Shown here piece after piece: positions 10,106 to 20,977 of a DNA stretch of 64,000 bases. The notes beneath the pieces were generated by a model. It saw nothing but the letters and a program-made list of their open reading frames with translations, made no database searches and was not told the DNA's origin. Within the stretch, counting starts at the first letter, position 1. Each line of letters starts with the position of its first letter. This DNA comes from Candidatus Woesearchaeota archaeon (lineage in GTDB: Archaea; Nanobdellota; Nanobdellia; SCGC-AAA011-G17; JACPNG01), in the NCBI GenBank assembly GCA_016185605.1, contig JACPNG010000009.1, positions 53,838 through 117,837 on the forward strand, given 5' to 3'. A program made the translations under genes and the position numbers.

Positions 10106-11172
10106 AAATAGCAATTGTTTATGATGCAATATATCCTTATGTAAAGGGTGGAGGGGAGAAAAGGATTTATGAGTTAAGCAAGATATTAAGTAAAAAACAT
10201 GAAATTCATTTATTTGGAATGAAGTATTGGAACGGCAATAATGTAATTAAGAGAGATAATGTTTATTTGCATGGTGTTTTTAACTCAATTAGCCTTTATA
10301 ATAAAAAGGGTAATAGGTCTTTATTACAACCTTTTCGCTTTAGCTTCTACTTATTTAAAGAATTGATGAAATACGATTTTGATCTAGTGGATTGTCAAAA
10401 TTTTCCATATATACCCTGTTTTATTTGTAAACTCTATTCAAAAATAAAAAATAAACCATTTATTATAACTTGGTTAGAAATTTGGAATGATAACTGGAAC
10501 AAGTATGGATTGTTTGGTTATATTGGAAAATTTATAGAAAGGATAAGCTTTAGGCTAACAAAAAATAATATAGTTTTATCTGATAATATGACAAAAATCA
10601 TAAAGGAATCTATAGTCATTCCTGCAGGAGTAGACCTAAAGAAAATAAATAAAATAAAGAAGAGAAAAGATAAATTTGATATTTTATTTGTAGGAAGATT
10701 AATCAAAGAAAAGAATGTTGATTTTATCATAAGATCTGTTGATAGAAATATTAAAGTAGGCATAATTGGGGATGGCCCAGAGAGAGAGAATTTGATTAAT
10801 CTTGTTAAAAAGCTTAATCTAAGAAATATAAAATTTTTCGGTTTTTTAGATGAAGATGAAGAAGTTTACTCTTATATGAAATCCTCTAAGATATTAGTTT
10901 TACCCTCAATAAGGGAAGGTTTTGGTATTGTTATTTTAGAAGCATTGGCTTGTGGCTGCAAAGTCATAGCAACAAACCATAAAAATAACAATGCCAAATA
11001 TTTGGCAGATAAAAACTTTATCTCTGAGACTAATATAAAAAGTTTAAGAAACAAGATTAAATATGGCTTAAAAAACAAGTACAACAATAATATTAATTTA
11101 GAAGATTTTGATATAAATAAGATATCAAAAGAATTAGAAAATTATTATCAAAGGTGTATAAATGAAATATAA
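10102..11172 (+). CDS. GT4 (group 1) glycosyltransferase
   Basis: The real start is MKIAIVYDAIYPYVKGGGEKR at 10102, overlapping the upstream stop by 4 nt; the track's earlier 9973 start is spurious. C-terminal GT4 motif REGFGIVILEALACGCKVIAT. Confidence 0.85.
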   Translation: MKIAIVYDAIYPYVKGGGEKRIYELSKILSKKHEIHLFGMKYWNGNNVIKRDNVYLHGVFNSISLYNKKGNRSLLQPFRFSFYLFKELMKYDFDLVDCQNFPYIPCFICKLYSKIKNKPFIITWLEIWNDNWNKYGLFGYIGKFIERISFRLTKNNIVLSDNMTKIIKESIVIPAGVDLKKINKIKKRKDKFDILFVGRLIKEKNVDFIIRSVDRNIKVGIIGDGPERENLINLVKKLNLRNIKFFGFLDEDEEVYSYMKSSKILVLPSIREGFGIVILEALACGCKVIATNHKNNNAKYLADKNFISETNIKSLRNKIKYGLKNKYNNNINLEDFDINKISKELENYYQRCINEI

Positions 11173-12610
11173 GCTGATTTTTATTGGTTTATTTATATTG
11201 ATATTAGCAATAAGTTACTATTGGTCTATTAAATCATGCTCTTATTGCTTTCAGAGTTATATCTCTCAAGAATATCTTTTTGAGGATAAAGATATTAATT
11301 TCAGTTCTGAATATATAGATAATACTATAAACATTGTTAAACATGGAACAAATAATATAATTGGCAGATTCGTAGGTAATATATTAATATTTGATTATCT
11401 AAATCTAGTATTTTGGATTTTTATAGCTACATTTACTACTTATTTGTTTTACAATAAAATATTCAATTTAGAAACTGGAACTTTTGCAGCCTTTATTTTT
11501 TTAACAAACCCAACATTAAATGTCATTGTTCACACAATAGTCTATTACTTTATTTCACTATTTTTAATCTATAAATTTTTAACAACTAAAAAGCTTTCAT
11601 TTTTATTTGGATTTTTATTAGTCTTATTAATATCATTTAACGTAGATGTTTCTCCCAGTTTTGTTATTTTAATTAGTTCTTTCTTTTTAGTATTATTTTA
11701 TTATATAATTAATTACATAAGTACTAGATATATCAGTAAAGAAGCTATATTATCTTTTTGTTTTTTTATCATAATTTTCATAATAATAATAACATTTGAG
11801 AGAAATTTTGTACTAGATTTATTAAGTAGGATCCCCTTAATTTTTGATAAATTGATTTTTTATCTCTCATCTTATCCAAAAACAGCATATTTCTATTTAT
11901 ATATTGTAAGCAGAGTTATTTTAATTGTCATACCTATATTTTATGTTTACAATATAATAAAAAATAAATTACAATTAACAAAAAAAGAAACTTTCATTTT
12001 TTCTTATTTTCTAACGGTCTTTCCATTACTAATCTTATTCATTTTATTTGATATCTCTGCAAGAATATTTGATTACTATGCTCCTTTATTAGCTGCAATT
12101 AGTTTCAGAGAGAGCAAAATATTTTTAAAAAAAGAGATAAGAGATAAAATAATAGTTTCAGTAGTAATATTTTTTACTTTGTTTTCTATATTCTTACATC
12201 ATATACCGCCTAGAAGCCTAGAAATATATGATAATGACTTATTGGATGGTTTAAACAATCTTCCCAAAGATTCGATTGTTTATACAGATGTATTTGTTGC
12301 CAATATTCTAATAACAAAATTAGATCATTTAAGTATAGTTGGTCCAGACTTTAATAAAGGGAATGAGTATAATAAAGTATACTATGAAAAGGACGTTAAT
12401 TATATAAAAAAACTATTTATCGATAAAAATGTTGAGTATTTTATAATCTCAAGACAATCATTAATTAGGGGATTAGATATATTAAATGCTCCGCATATAT
12501 TAAAACCGATAACCATTATAGAATATGATAACATGGAATTTTTAGATAAATATTATTCAAATGACGAGGTTTATATCTGGAGGATAGATGAAAATAGCAG
12601 TATTTCATGA
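11162..12610 (+). CDS. polytopic membrane protein (about 10 TM) with a soluble C-terminal domain; possible glycan polymerase or flippase-like
   Basis: 482 aa, Phe/Ile-rich helices, no catalytic motif recognised. Its position between GT genes suggests a role in glycan assembly. Confidence 0.55.
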   Translation: MKYKLIFIGLFILILAISYYWSIKSCSYCFQSYISQEYLFEDKDINFSSEYIDNTINIVKHGTNNIIGRFVGNILIFDYLNLVFWIFIATFTTYLFYNKIFNLETGTFAAFIFLTNPTLNVIVHTIVYYFISLFLIYKFLTTKKLSFLFGFLLVLLISFNVDVSPSFVILISSFFLVLFYYIINYISTRYISKEAILSFCFFIIIFIIIITFERNFVLDLLSRIPLIFDKLIFYLSSYPKTAYFYLYIVSRVILIVIPIFYVYNIIKNKLQLTKKETFIFSYFLTVFPLLILFILFDISARIFDYYAPLLAAISFRESKIFLKKEIRDKIIVSVVIFFTLFSIFLHHIPPRSLEIYDNDLLDGLNNLPKDSIVYTDVFVANILITKLDHLSIVGPDFNKGNEYNKVYYEKDVNYIKKLFIDKNVEYFIISRQSLIRGLDILNAPHILKPITIIEYDNMEFLDKYYSNDEVYIWRIDENSSIS

Positions 12611-13670
12611 CTATTTGGATTGTATAGGTGGAGGAGAGAAAGTAGCATTGATGATAGCTAGAATTCTAAAAGCCGATTTTATAACTACAGATGTTGATAA
12701 GGATGTTATTAATAAACTTGGATTCAATGATATTAAAATAATTTCTTTAGGCAATACAATTAAAATCCCCCCTTTAAAACAAATTTCAGCTTCTTATAAA
12801 TTTGCCAGAGCTGATTTTAGTAAAAAGTATGACTTATTTATTCTAAGTACGGGATGGAGTGTTTTTGCTGCCAAAAAACACAGACCTAATATTTATTATT
12901 GCCATAGCCCAGTCAGACCATTTTTTGATTTATATGAATTATTTAAGGAAAGAGAAAATTTAATTAAAAAACCAATATTCATTTTATGGGTTTATTTGCA
13001 TAGACATTTTCTTAAAAAGAGCATCATACATGTAAACAAATTTCTTTGCAATTCATTGAATACACAAAAAAGAATTAAAAAATACTATGGCAGAGAAGCG
13101 ATTATAGTTTACCCTTATGTTGATTGTTCTAAATATAAATATAAGAAGAATGGAGATTTTTGGTTGAGCGTCAATAGATTTTATCCTGAAAAAAGAATAG
13201 AACTACAAATTGAGGCATTTAGCAAGCTACCCAAAGAAAAATTAGTTATTGTTGGGGGATATGCTAGGGGAGATCATGCATTAAGATATATGAAAAAATT
13301 TAAGGATCTTCCAACTAATATAAGAATAATGGGTCAAATAAGTGAGAAAGAACTAATTAATCTATATGAAAATTGTAAAGCATATATAACAACAGCTTTA
13401 GATGAAGATTTTGGTATTACTCCATTGGAAGCCATGGCTGCCGGAAAACCAGTAGTTGCAGTAAATGAAGGAGGTTATAAAGAAACTGTTATTAATAATA
13501 AGACTGGAAAATTAGTTGATGCTAATATCAATGAAATAGTAAAAGCTATTAAAGAAATATCAAAAAATCCGAAAAAATATAGAAAAAATTGTGAGATACG
13601 GGCTAGAGAATTTGATCTGTTAATATTTAAACAAAAATTTGAAAAAACTATTTTAAATATTAAAAACTAA
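12588..13670 (+). CDS. GT4 (group 1) glycosyltransferase
   Basis: 360 aa. The N-terminus [19 protein letters not shown] parallels the 10102 paralog. Motif [19 protein letters not shown]. Confidence 0.85.
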   Translation: MKIAVFHDYLDCIGGGEKVALMIARILKADFITTDVDKDVINKLGFNDIKIISLGNTIKIPPLKQISASYKFARADFSKKYDLFILSTGWSVFAAKKHRPNIYYCHSPVRPFFDLYELFKERENLIKKPIFILWVYLHRHFLKKSIIHVNKFLCNSLNTQKRIKKYYGREAIIVYPYVDCSKYKYKKNGDFWLSVNRFYPEKRIELQIEAFSKLPKEKLVIVGGYARGDHALRYMKKFKDLPTNIRIMGQISEKELINLYENCKAYITTALDEDFGITPLEAMAAGKPVVAVNEGGYKETVINNKTGKLVDANINEIVKAIKEISKNPKKYRKNCEIRAREFDLLIFKQKFEKTILNIKN

Positions 13671-14362
13671 AAATAATATTTTATTGTTTTACCTAGAATA
13701 TCTTTTAGATGAAAAAATCCTGTTTTGAATGTACTTACTTTTGAAGTTCCAGCTTTTCGTGCTTTATAATGTATAGGTATCTCTTTTATCCTTAATTTAT
13801 ATTTTCTGGCTGCAAATATCATATCTAACGCCGGCCATCCTCTTTCTGTTAATTTATCTTCTATAGTATTGCATTTAAATGCTCTTGTTCCACAGAAAAC
13901 GTCTGTAAAATATTTCCTAAGTATCATTGAAGTTAACAACGAAAATATTTTATTTCCGATCTTATTAAAAAATGGCATTGCTCCTTTTTCCATAGGATAA
14001 ATAAATCTAGATGTATTGACAAATTCTGCTTCATTATTAAATATTGGTGATACCACTATTTCTAATTCTGAAGGATCAACTGTGTAATCTGCGTCTAAGG
14101 TTACGATAACATTGCCTTTAGCTATTTCTAATCCTTTTAATATAGCTCCCCCTTGTCCAAGTTTATTATTGAAATGAAGGACTTTTAGATTTTTTATTTC
14201 CTTAGATAGTTCCATAGCTAGATTAGCAGTATTATCTATACCATCATCTATTACAATAATTTCTGTTTTCCATTTAAATTTTGGAAATTTTTTTATACAT
14301 GTTACTATATTTTCCTCTTCATTATATGCCGGAATTATTATGGATAATAAATTATGGTTCAT
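13667..14362 (-). CDS. GT2 glycosyltransferase (dolichyl-phosphate sugar synthase-like)
   Basis: 231 aa. Motifs [14 protein letters not shown] and LDADYTVDP. Confidence 0.85.
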   Translation of the reverse strand: MNHNLLSIIIPAYNEEENIVTCIKKFPKFKWKTEIIVIDDGIDNTANLAMELSKEIKNLKVLHFNNKLGQGGAILKGLEIAKGNVIVTLDADYTVDPSELEIVVSPIFNNEAEFVNTSRFIYPMEKGAMPFFNKIGNKIFSLLTSMILRKYFTDVFCGTRAFKCNTIEDKLTERGWPALDMIFAARKYKLRIKEIPIHYKARKAGTSKVSTFKTGFFHLKDILGKTIKYYF

Positions 14363-14712
14363 TTGTATATATCTGGGTTTTTCAGATTAAACTCTTCTGA
14401 TAAGAGAACTATCAATTCTACATATGTCAGATATTTTAAGATATGAAATTCGTATGGTTCAATAATAAAGCAAGATCCTTTTTTAAATAAATAATTATAT
14501 TCTTTATTTGTTTTTAAGTTTTTTATATATAATTCTAATTTGCCTTTGACTATAAAATGAAGTTCTGAAGTATGTTTGTGATAATGATTGCCCCTTACAG
14601 AGCCTTTTTTAGTTATACTATAATTTAATTGTTTCCATGTGAAATTTTTTGCAATTTCTTTTAAAATTCCTCTTTTATCTAAAATTATTATTTTTTGTTT
14701 GATTATCTTCAT
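14359..14712 (-). CDS. cupin-fold sugar 3,4-ketoisomerase (FdtA/QdtA/WxcM-C-like)
   Basis: 117 aa. LDKRGILKEI...SVRGNHYHKHTSELHFIVKGKLELYI matches the FdtA pattern (DSRGSL...RGFHAHKKLEQ..., GS-rich). Overlaps the upstream GT2 by 4 nt. Confidence 0.6.
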   Translation of the reverse strand: MKIIKQKIIILDKRGILKEIAKNFTWKQLNYSITKKGSVRGNHYHKHTSELHFIVKGKLELYIKNLKTNKEYNYLFKKGSCFIIEPYEFHILKYLTYVELIVLLSEEFNLKNPDIYK

Positions 14713-14730
14713 TTTTTAAATTATATTTCA

Positions 14731-15582
14731 TTAAACTTTAGTATTATTTAAACTATTTTTATACATATCTTCTAAAGCTGTCTTCAAATTTGGCCAGTTT
14801 AAATTAAGTAAACCTCTTATTTTAGAGTTATCTAATGAAGAATCTATGGGACTTAAAAAAGATTTAGGCGCCATTTTCCCTACAATTAAATTTCTATCAT
14901 AGCCAAAGATTTTTGCAATAAGTTTAGAAAATTCAAATCTGCTTACCTTTTCATTACCACACACATGAAATAGTCCAGTAAGATTTAATCTTATCATGGC
15001 TTCAAGATAATTACAAAAATAAGGCAAGTATGTCGGTGTATTATAAATATTAGTAAATGCTTCTACTTTTTTTCCTTGAGATAATTGCGAAATTACATAA
15101 TTCATAAAGCCTTTTTCATTTGTATCAAATAAACCGCTAGTACGAATAATACAATGTTTTTTTAGATTAAATGATTTTTCTCCTTTTAGTTTTGTAATGC
15201 CATATATGGTTGATGGATTTGGTGTATCGGTCTCTTTAAAATTTCCTTTAAAACCATCAAAAACAAAATCTGAAGATATATAATATGTCAAAGCAGACGG
15301 AAAATATTTTGTAATAAGCTCTGATGAATGAAAATTAACTAATGATATTTCCGGATTTTCTTCGCAAAATTTCGCTTTTTTTCCTGCAGCATGTAAAATA
15401 TAGTCTGGATTACAACTTTTAGCAAATTTTGAAACTTGTTCTTCATCAGTTAAATCAATTATTAAATGACCCTTTATTTTATTCTTATATGATAATTTAA
15501 TAAGTTTATATTTAGATGAGAAGTGTTTTACTAAAACAGATCCTAGATATCCTGAGGCACCAGTTATTAACATTTTTTTCAT
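14731..15582 (-). CDS. NAD(P)-dependent sugar nucleotide reductase/epimerase (RmlD-like)
   Basis: 283 aa. Rossmann fold LITGASGYLGSVL. YISSDFVFDG resembles the RmlD STDYVFDG substrate-binding motif. Confidence 0.7.
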   Translation of the reverse strand: MKKMLITGASGYLGSVLVKHFSSKYKLIKLSYKNKIKGHLIIDLTDEEQVSKFAKSCNPDYILHAAGKKAKFCEENPEISLVNFHSSELITKYFPSALTYYISSDFVFDGFKGNFKETDTPNPSTIYGITKLKGEKSFNLKKHCIIRTSGLFDTNEKGFMNYVISQLSQGKKVEAFTNIYNTPTYLPYFCNYLEAMIRLNLTGLFHVCGNEKVSRFEFSKLIAKIFGYDRNLIVGKMAPKSFLSPIDSSLDNSKIRGLLNLNWPNLKTALEDMYKNSLNNTKV

Positions 15583-15583
15583 A

Positions 15584-17437
15584 TTAACTGCCTAAAACCA
15601 CATTACAGTAATCTTTTGATTCGTTAAAGTAATCAATTCTTTGATTTTTATATTCTAATAAGCCCTTACAACATAAAGATGAATATTCTTTATATTTTTT
15701 GCAATCCTTAATTCCAAATTTTATATCTCCTTTAATTTCTCCAATAACATATCCCAACCATATATAACAGTATTTATTATATTTTTTATCCAATTTTTCA
15801 CAAACTAATCCACCTTGTTCTGGATAATAGCCGTTATACCAACCAGTAAACCAACCAACACCACGATAACAATAAGGTCTATATTCTTCCTCAAGTGAAT
15901 TACAATCTTTGTCAATTAGAGATTTGTTATTTTCAAAACGGTATCTTATAGAAGTAACATAGCCAATGCCAAGATAACAATTATTTCTATGTGTTTCATT
16001 TATTTTACTACATGAATTTTTAAGAGTATTAAAATTGTAATATCCTATTGCATCAGTAACGCCAATACCAACCCAATTATAACAATCATCCCTATATTCT
16101 TCTTTTAGTTTACCACAACTCTCAAAAGCTTTGTCTGGCTGAAGTTTATTTTTCGCACCCAATACGAAACCCAAAACATTATAACATAAAGGTTTCGGAT
16201 TAGATTCTTTTTCAAAACTAAGATTAGATGAGATTAAACCAAAATTTGATATTAAGCCAATTATTATTAAAAAAGAAAATAAAAAAATAAATACCATTTT
16301 ATTTGATTTATATATTTCTAAAAGTGAGATGGCCATACAAATAAAGATAAATGGGAATAACGGCATTAAATATCTATATTGCCCTGAATAAATAGCACCA
16401 TCAAAACTAAAATTGCTCACTATATAAATTAGAAAAAAGAATATAACTACAAATAAAATAAATAACTGTTTTATATTATTAGATGGAATAATATCATAAT
16501 TAAATGGAATATTTATTAAATATCTATAATTCTTATATAGAAGATAAATAATTAAGAATAAGAATATAATATAATAAGAATAATTTAATATTTCTCTTTG
16601 AAATATTATCTCTCTGAAATTAAACGAGTTCGGAATGTCATACAATAAAAGATTTGTAAATTTATTAGTAATCTCCTGGACTTTATCTAAACTAAGATAA
16701 TTGCTATTAAATCCATATTTTATTTGATTTATGCCTATAAAATCATTTTGAATATTATAATAGAAAAATGGGGTTAAGCCTAAAATAAGAAAGAATATAA
16801 AAATAAAAAATTCTTTTTTTAAGAAAAACAATTGATCTTTAGTAAACCAGAGTAATAAACATGGAGGAAGAATAAATAAGAAAATATTTGAAAAGAATAT
16901 ACCAAATCCGCTAAAAGATCCAGCTAGAATAAGACTAATTTTCTTATCAGAATAAAAAAAATCTAGAAAGAAAAATAAAGATATAATTATAAATAAAGTT
17001 ATATGGATATGTCCGTGTCCTACTAAAAAACTTCTTACAGTATAAGAAGATGGGGAAAGGATAAATAAGATAGATGCATAAAAAGCAGCCTTATTATCAA
17101 AGAATTTCTCAACTAAAAGGTATATTGCTATTAACATACCCAAAGATAATATTATACCAACAAGAAGTAAAGAAAAAGTAGTTTTACCAAATATCAAAAA
17201 TAAAAACGCAGCTATAAATGGTGTAATTAATGTATTGCCATAATAAGCCTGATGTTGATAGTCTATGTATGGCTGTTTTAGTCCATCTCTTATCTCATTG
17301 GCTACAGTTCCTATATAACATACATCTATTGGATCCGCTAAGTCTATAGATGTGTAAGCTATTATTAATCTAGATAATAAAAAAACGATTATTAAAAAAA
17401 CTAAAGTTTTTTTATTTCTATTTATAGGAAATAACAT
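15584..17437 (-). CDS. polytopic membrane protein (GT-C-like N-terminal domain) with five C-terminal extracytoplasmic Cys-rich repeats
   Basis: 617 aa, about 12 TM helices. Then repeats of the form C-x8/9-C-[YW]-x-G-[VI]-G-[YW], e.g. ESCGKLKEEYRDDCYNWVGIGV, NSCSKINETHRNNCYLGIGYV, KDCNSLEEEYRPYCYRGVGWF, LVCEKLDKKYNKYCYIWLGYV. Confidence 0.6.
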   Translation of the reverse strand: MLFPINRNKKTLVFLIIVFLLSRLIIAYTSIDLADPIDVCYIGTVANEIRDGLKQPYIDYQHQAYYGNTLITPFIAAFLFLIFGKTTFSLLLVGIILSLGMLIAIYLLVEKFFDNKAAFYASILFILSPSSYTVRSFLVGHGHIHITLFIIISLFFFLDFFYSDKKISLILAGSFSGFGIFFSNIFLFILPPCLLLWFTKDQLFFLKKEFFIFIFFLILGLTPFFYYNIQNDFIGINQIKYGFNSNYLSLDKVQEITNKFTNLLLYDIPNSFNFREIIFQREILNYSYYIIFLFLIIYLLYKNYRYLINIPFNYDIIPSNNIKQLFILFVVIFFFLIYIVSNFSFDGAIYSGQYRYLMPLFPFIFICMAISLLEIYKSNKMVFIFLFSFLIIIGLISNFGLISSNLSFEKESNPKPLCYNVLGFVLGAKNKLQPDKAFESCGKLKEEYRDDCYNWVGIGVTDAIGYYNFNTLKNSCSKINETHRNNCYLGIGYVTSIRYRFENNKSLIDKDCNSLEEEYRPYCYRGVGWFTGWYNGYYPEQGGLVCEKLDKKYNKYCYIWLGYVIGEIKGDIKFGIKDCKKYKEYSSLCCKGLLEYKNQRIDYFNESKDYCNVVLGS

Positions 17438-17525
17438 TTAAAATCTATTATGAGAACATATTTAAATTTTTATATATTATGAAATTGATGTAATACAAAA
17501 TGACAAAAAATATTTTTTTCAGAAG

Positions 17526-18161
17526 ATGTTAATAAACGATTTAGGAATAATAATAAAAGAGTTATGGATAACTCATCCGACAGATCGATACTCCACTTTT
17601 CTAGCAAAATTTATTTCAAAATATAAATTTAAAAATGTTTTAGAGATAGGAACAGGAACCGGAATAGTGTCGATATGTTTGGCTAAAAATGGTAGTAAAG
17701 TCACAGCAACAGATATAGATAAGAAAATAATAGATTTAGCGCAAGAAAACGCCAAATTAAACAATGTTAAAATTAAGCTTATAGTATCAGATTTATACGA
17801 AAATGTTAAAGGAAGATATGATTGTATTGTATTTAGCATTCCTTATATTTTATCAAAAAAGAGATATAACTATATAAATTTTTTGTACGATAAATTTATG
17901 CCAGAAGTTATAGAATCCAGATTGACTTATATGATAGATAATAGTATTATTGGCAGATTAATTTCTAGAGACAGGTGGAATAAATTAAAATATCTTTTAA
18001 AATCTAGCAAAGATTACCTAAATAAAAATAGATTTATATATTTAGTAGTTTTTAAAAGTGATATTAAGATTATTAAAAGATTTGACAATATAGCTTATAG
18101 TATAATAGAGTTTCCATTTGTTACATCTCAATGTATAGTTAAAATATCATATAAAAATTAA
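17526..18161 (+). CDS. class I SAM-dependent methyltransferase (small MTS/HemK-like domain)
   Basis: 211 aa. SAM-binding motif VLEIGTGTGIVSICLA. A degenerate motif IV (FSIPY). Confidence 0.7.
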   Translation: MLINDLGIIIKELWITHPTDRYSTFLAKFISKYKFKNVLEIGTGTGIVSICLAKNGSKVTATDIDKKIIDLAQENAKLNNVKIKLIVSDLYENVKGRYDCIVFSIPYILSKKRYNYINFLYDKFMPEVIESRLTYMIDNSIIGRLISRDRWNKLKYLLKSSKDYLNKNRFIYLVVFKSDIKIIKRFDNIAYSIIEFPFVTSQCIVKISYKN

Positions 18162-18234
18162 ATTACTTATATATTTTGGTGTATAAATAATAAAAAACCT
18201 AAAAACATAAAAAGTAAATTTATTATAGGTTTTA

Positions 18235-20898
18235 ATGACTTTAAATAAATACTTTAAAAAGTATAAAGTTCCAATAATTATATTCTCTTTAATTGCTATA
18301 ATTTTTACTTTACCATTATTCCAAAAGTTTGAAAATATAGGAATTGTTGATTGGGATTTGTGGTTATTTTATAATGAAGCAGCTAGAAAAAGTATTTTAG
18401 AATATCATCAAATACCATTTTGGAATCCTTATTATTGTGGTGGAAATATATTATTGGCTCATCCGGAATTTCCATTATTCTCATTACAATTCCTATTTGT
18501 TTTAATATTTGGTACTATCCTTGGAATAAAATTGTCTATTCTTTTTTTCTTCTTTCTTGGACTAATCTCAATGTATATCTTAACCCAATATCTAAGATTT
18601 TCAAAATTAGCTTCTTATGCCTCTTCATTTATTTATATGTTAAGCGCACCTTTTTCTATAAGGATTGGTGCTGGACAATTTAGCTATTTAGCTATGGCTT
18701 TTTATCCATTGGCCTTTCTTTTTTTCATTAAAGGACTAAAGAATTTTAAATATATTCCCCTATCTGTAATATTTCTTGTTCTAGCCTTTTTCTCTGGAGC
18801 TATATATGAATTATCTTTTTTTATTCTTTTTTTAACTATTTACGCTATAATAAAAAGCATAACTGAAAGAAGAATAAAACCTTTAATAGTCTTAATTATT
18901 ATTATCTTATTTGCTTTTTTAGTTGCATCAATAAAATTAATTCCCCTCTTAGATTTTGTCATTGATAATCCAAGAACTACCGAATTTGCCCTCGGAGAAT
19001 CTACTAAATTAAATGAATTTTTTGACTATATTTTCAAATCTACAAGATTAAGCAAATATTATATCGGTGGCGGGACTCCAAATGATCCGATATGGTGGGA
19101 AGGGGACATAGCGATAGGTATACTTGGAATTTTATTAGTAATTATTGGTGGAATCTTTTCTCTTAAAAATAAAAAAGAATTTGCTATTACAACAATAATA
19201 TTTATTTTGATATTTCTTGGAAGTACTTTATCTATTAGTTTATGGAAAATATTACATTTTTTCCCACCATTTAATTCATTTTTTGTAATTGGAAGATTGG
19301 GCATGATATTAACTTTCTCATTTGCACTTCTCGCTGGATTTGGTTTTTCAGAATTACAAAAAAAGCTTGATAGGAGCAAATCTATATTCTATTTATTTAT
19401 CTTTCTAATTCTACTTCTATTAAGCTCTTTATTTTATATGAATTTAGGAATTATTAATGACTCTATTAGAATTCAGATACCAAAAATAGACAAAAGCGAT
19501 AACTTTTACCAAACAATTGATATAATAAAATATGATGGACCTCTATCTAGCAACCATTATCTTACAATTAAACAAAATAAAGGAGACCTAACATGCTTTG
19601 AGGAGATTAGATCTCTAACTTCTGTTTCTGCTATCCCAAAAGAATATAATGATTATAAAGGAGAAGCTTATCTAAACGAAGAAGGTAAAGCAGAAATAAC
19701 TTACTTCTCTCCCAATAGGATAATTATCAAAACCGAAAGCAATAAAGAAAATTTATTAATTTTAAATCAAAACTTTGAAAAAAATTGGAAAGTTAAATCT
19801 GGAGGTGTTGAAAACTATAATGGACTGTTATCCACAAAGATACCTAAAGGAAATTCAACTATAACATTCTACTATCTTCCACAAAGTTTTATTATTGGAT
19901 CAATTATGTCACTTATTTCTATTATCTTAATTTTTATTTTTACTAAAATGAATAATAAAAATGCAATTATGATTATTTCAATTATATTAGTGTTGTCCAT
20001 ATTGTTATATCTATATATCTCAAAAGAGAATATAGAAATTCCCAGCATTTATAATAAACTAAATGAAGATAAAGAGTATTATTCTATTATAGAAATACCG
20101 TTTACAAGTCCTTTATTCCATGCTATAAGGTATTATGATGTGCAACAAAATAAAGAAGTGATATGGCACCATCCAAGTCAAAAAATATCTTATAAAATTT
20201 ATTTGTTAAAAAAGATATTTTTTGCTGATGATAAAAACGATGAGAAAGTTGTGAGTGACATAATAATTCAAGATCCACAAAAAATCGGAATTTCAGTGCT
20301 TAATTATTATAATATTAAAAAAGTTTTATTGCATAAAAAATGGTATGGTTCACATTTAGATTGGAAGATATTCTCTACACCACCATCCCCTTATAATTAT
20401 AGCAATTACAAAGATTGGTACGGTAATGAACTTTATAACATAACTAAAAATTTCTTAGATAAGGAATTTATAAAAATTTATGAAGATGATGAAATTATCG
20501 CTTATGACGTTCCTAAAGAAAAAGAAAAACAACATTTTATTATAATTGATAAAGGATGGTATTGGCTGGAATTAGATGATAAAGGAAAAAAATTTGGTTG
20601 GATTGAAGATAAAGCTTCAATAAAGATAATGTCTTCCAAAAAAATGAGTGTAAATCTAAGCTTTGACACATTTAACTTTTATGAACCAAAAACATTGGAG
20701 ATTTATCAAAATAAAAAGTTTATAGAAGATTATAAGATAGTAGGAAATAGTAATATAAATGTTAGATTAATGTTAAATGAGGGAGAAAACTATATAGAAT
20801 TCAAGACTAGAGAAAAATGTAGAAAACCCTCAAAAGTATCTGAAAGTGAGGACAAAAGATGCTTGAGTTTGGCATTAATGGATCTAGGCTTGGAATAA
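18235..20898 (+). CDS. large polytopic membrane protein (887 aa) with extracytoplasmic C-terminal domains; a YfhO/GT-C-like glycan transferase is possible
   Basis: At least 12 TM helices in the N-terminal 400 aa, an extra TM around aa 560, then a soluble C-terminal region. It has WWEGD rather than the STT3 WWDYG motif, so it is not called AglB. Confidence 0.65.
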   Translation: MTLNKYFKKYKVPIIIFSLIAIIFTLPLFQKFENIGIVDWDLWLFYNEAARKSILEYHQIPFWNPYYCGGNILLAHPEFPLFSLQFLFVLIFGTILGIKLSILFFFFLGLISMYILTQYLRFSKLASYASSFIYMLSAPFSIRIGAGQFSYLAMAFYPLAFLFFIKGLKNFKYIPLSVIFLVLAFFSGAIYELSFFILFLTIYAIIKSITERRIKPLIVLIIIILFAFLVASIKLIPLLDFVIDNPRTTEFALGESTKLNEFFDYIFKSTRLSKYYIGGGTPNDPIWWEGDIAIGILGILLVIIGGIFSLKNKKEFAITTIIFILIFLGSTLSISLWKILHFFPPFNSFFVIGRLGMILTFSFALLAGFGFSELQKKLDRSKSIFYLFIFLILLLLSSLFYMNLGIINDSIRIQIPKIDKSDNFYQTIDIIKYDGPLSSNHYLTIKQNKGDLTCFEEIRSLTSVSAIPKEYNDYKGEAYLNEEGKAEITYFSPNRIIIKTESNKENLLILNQNFEKNWKVKSGGVENYNGLLSTKIPKGNSTITFYYLPQSFIIGSIMSLISIILIFIFTKMNNKNAIMIISIILVLSILLYLYISKENIEIPSIYNKLNEDKEYYSIIEIPFTSPLFHAIRYYDVQQNKEVIWHHPSQKISYKIYLLKKIFFADDKNDEKVVSDIIIQDPQKIGISVLNYYNIKKVLLHKKWYGSHLDWKIFSTPPSPYNYSNYKDWYGNELYNITKNFLDKEFIKIYEDDEIIAYDVPKEKEKQHFIIIDKGWYWLELDDKGKKFGWIEDKASIKIMSSKKMSVNLSFDTFNFYEPKTLEIYQNKKFIEDYKIVGNSNINVRLMLNEGENYIEFKTREKCRKPSKVSESEDKRCLSLALMDLGLE

Positions 20899-20977
20899 TT
20901 TGATGCCATAGATTTAAATATATCTTCCATTATAAAACTTAAAAGAATCGCATGATAGATGACGAAAGTGATAAAAA

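Noticed and set aside
18235-20898. Considered calling the 887-aa polytopic membrane protein the oligosaccharyltransferase AglB/STT3
   Set aside because: The only WW-containing segment is IWWEGD, not the STT3 WWDYG motif. It also sits before a TM helix rather than at the start of a C-terminal globular domain. Left as a generic GT-C/YfhO-like membrane protein.
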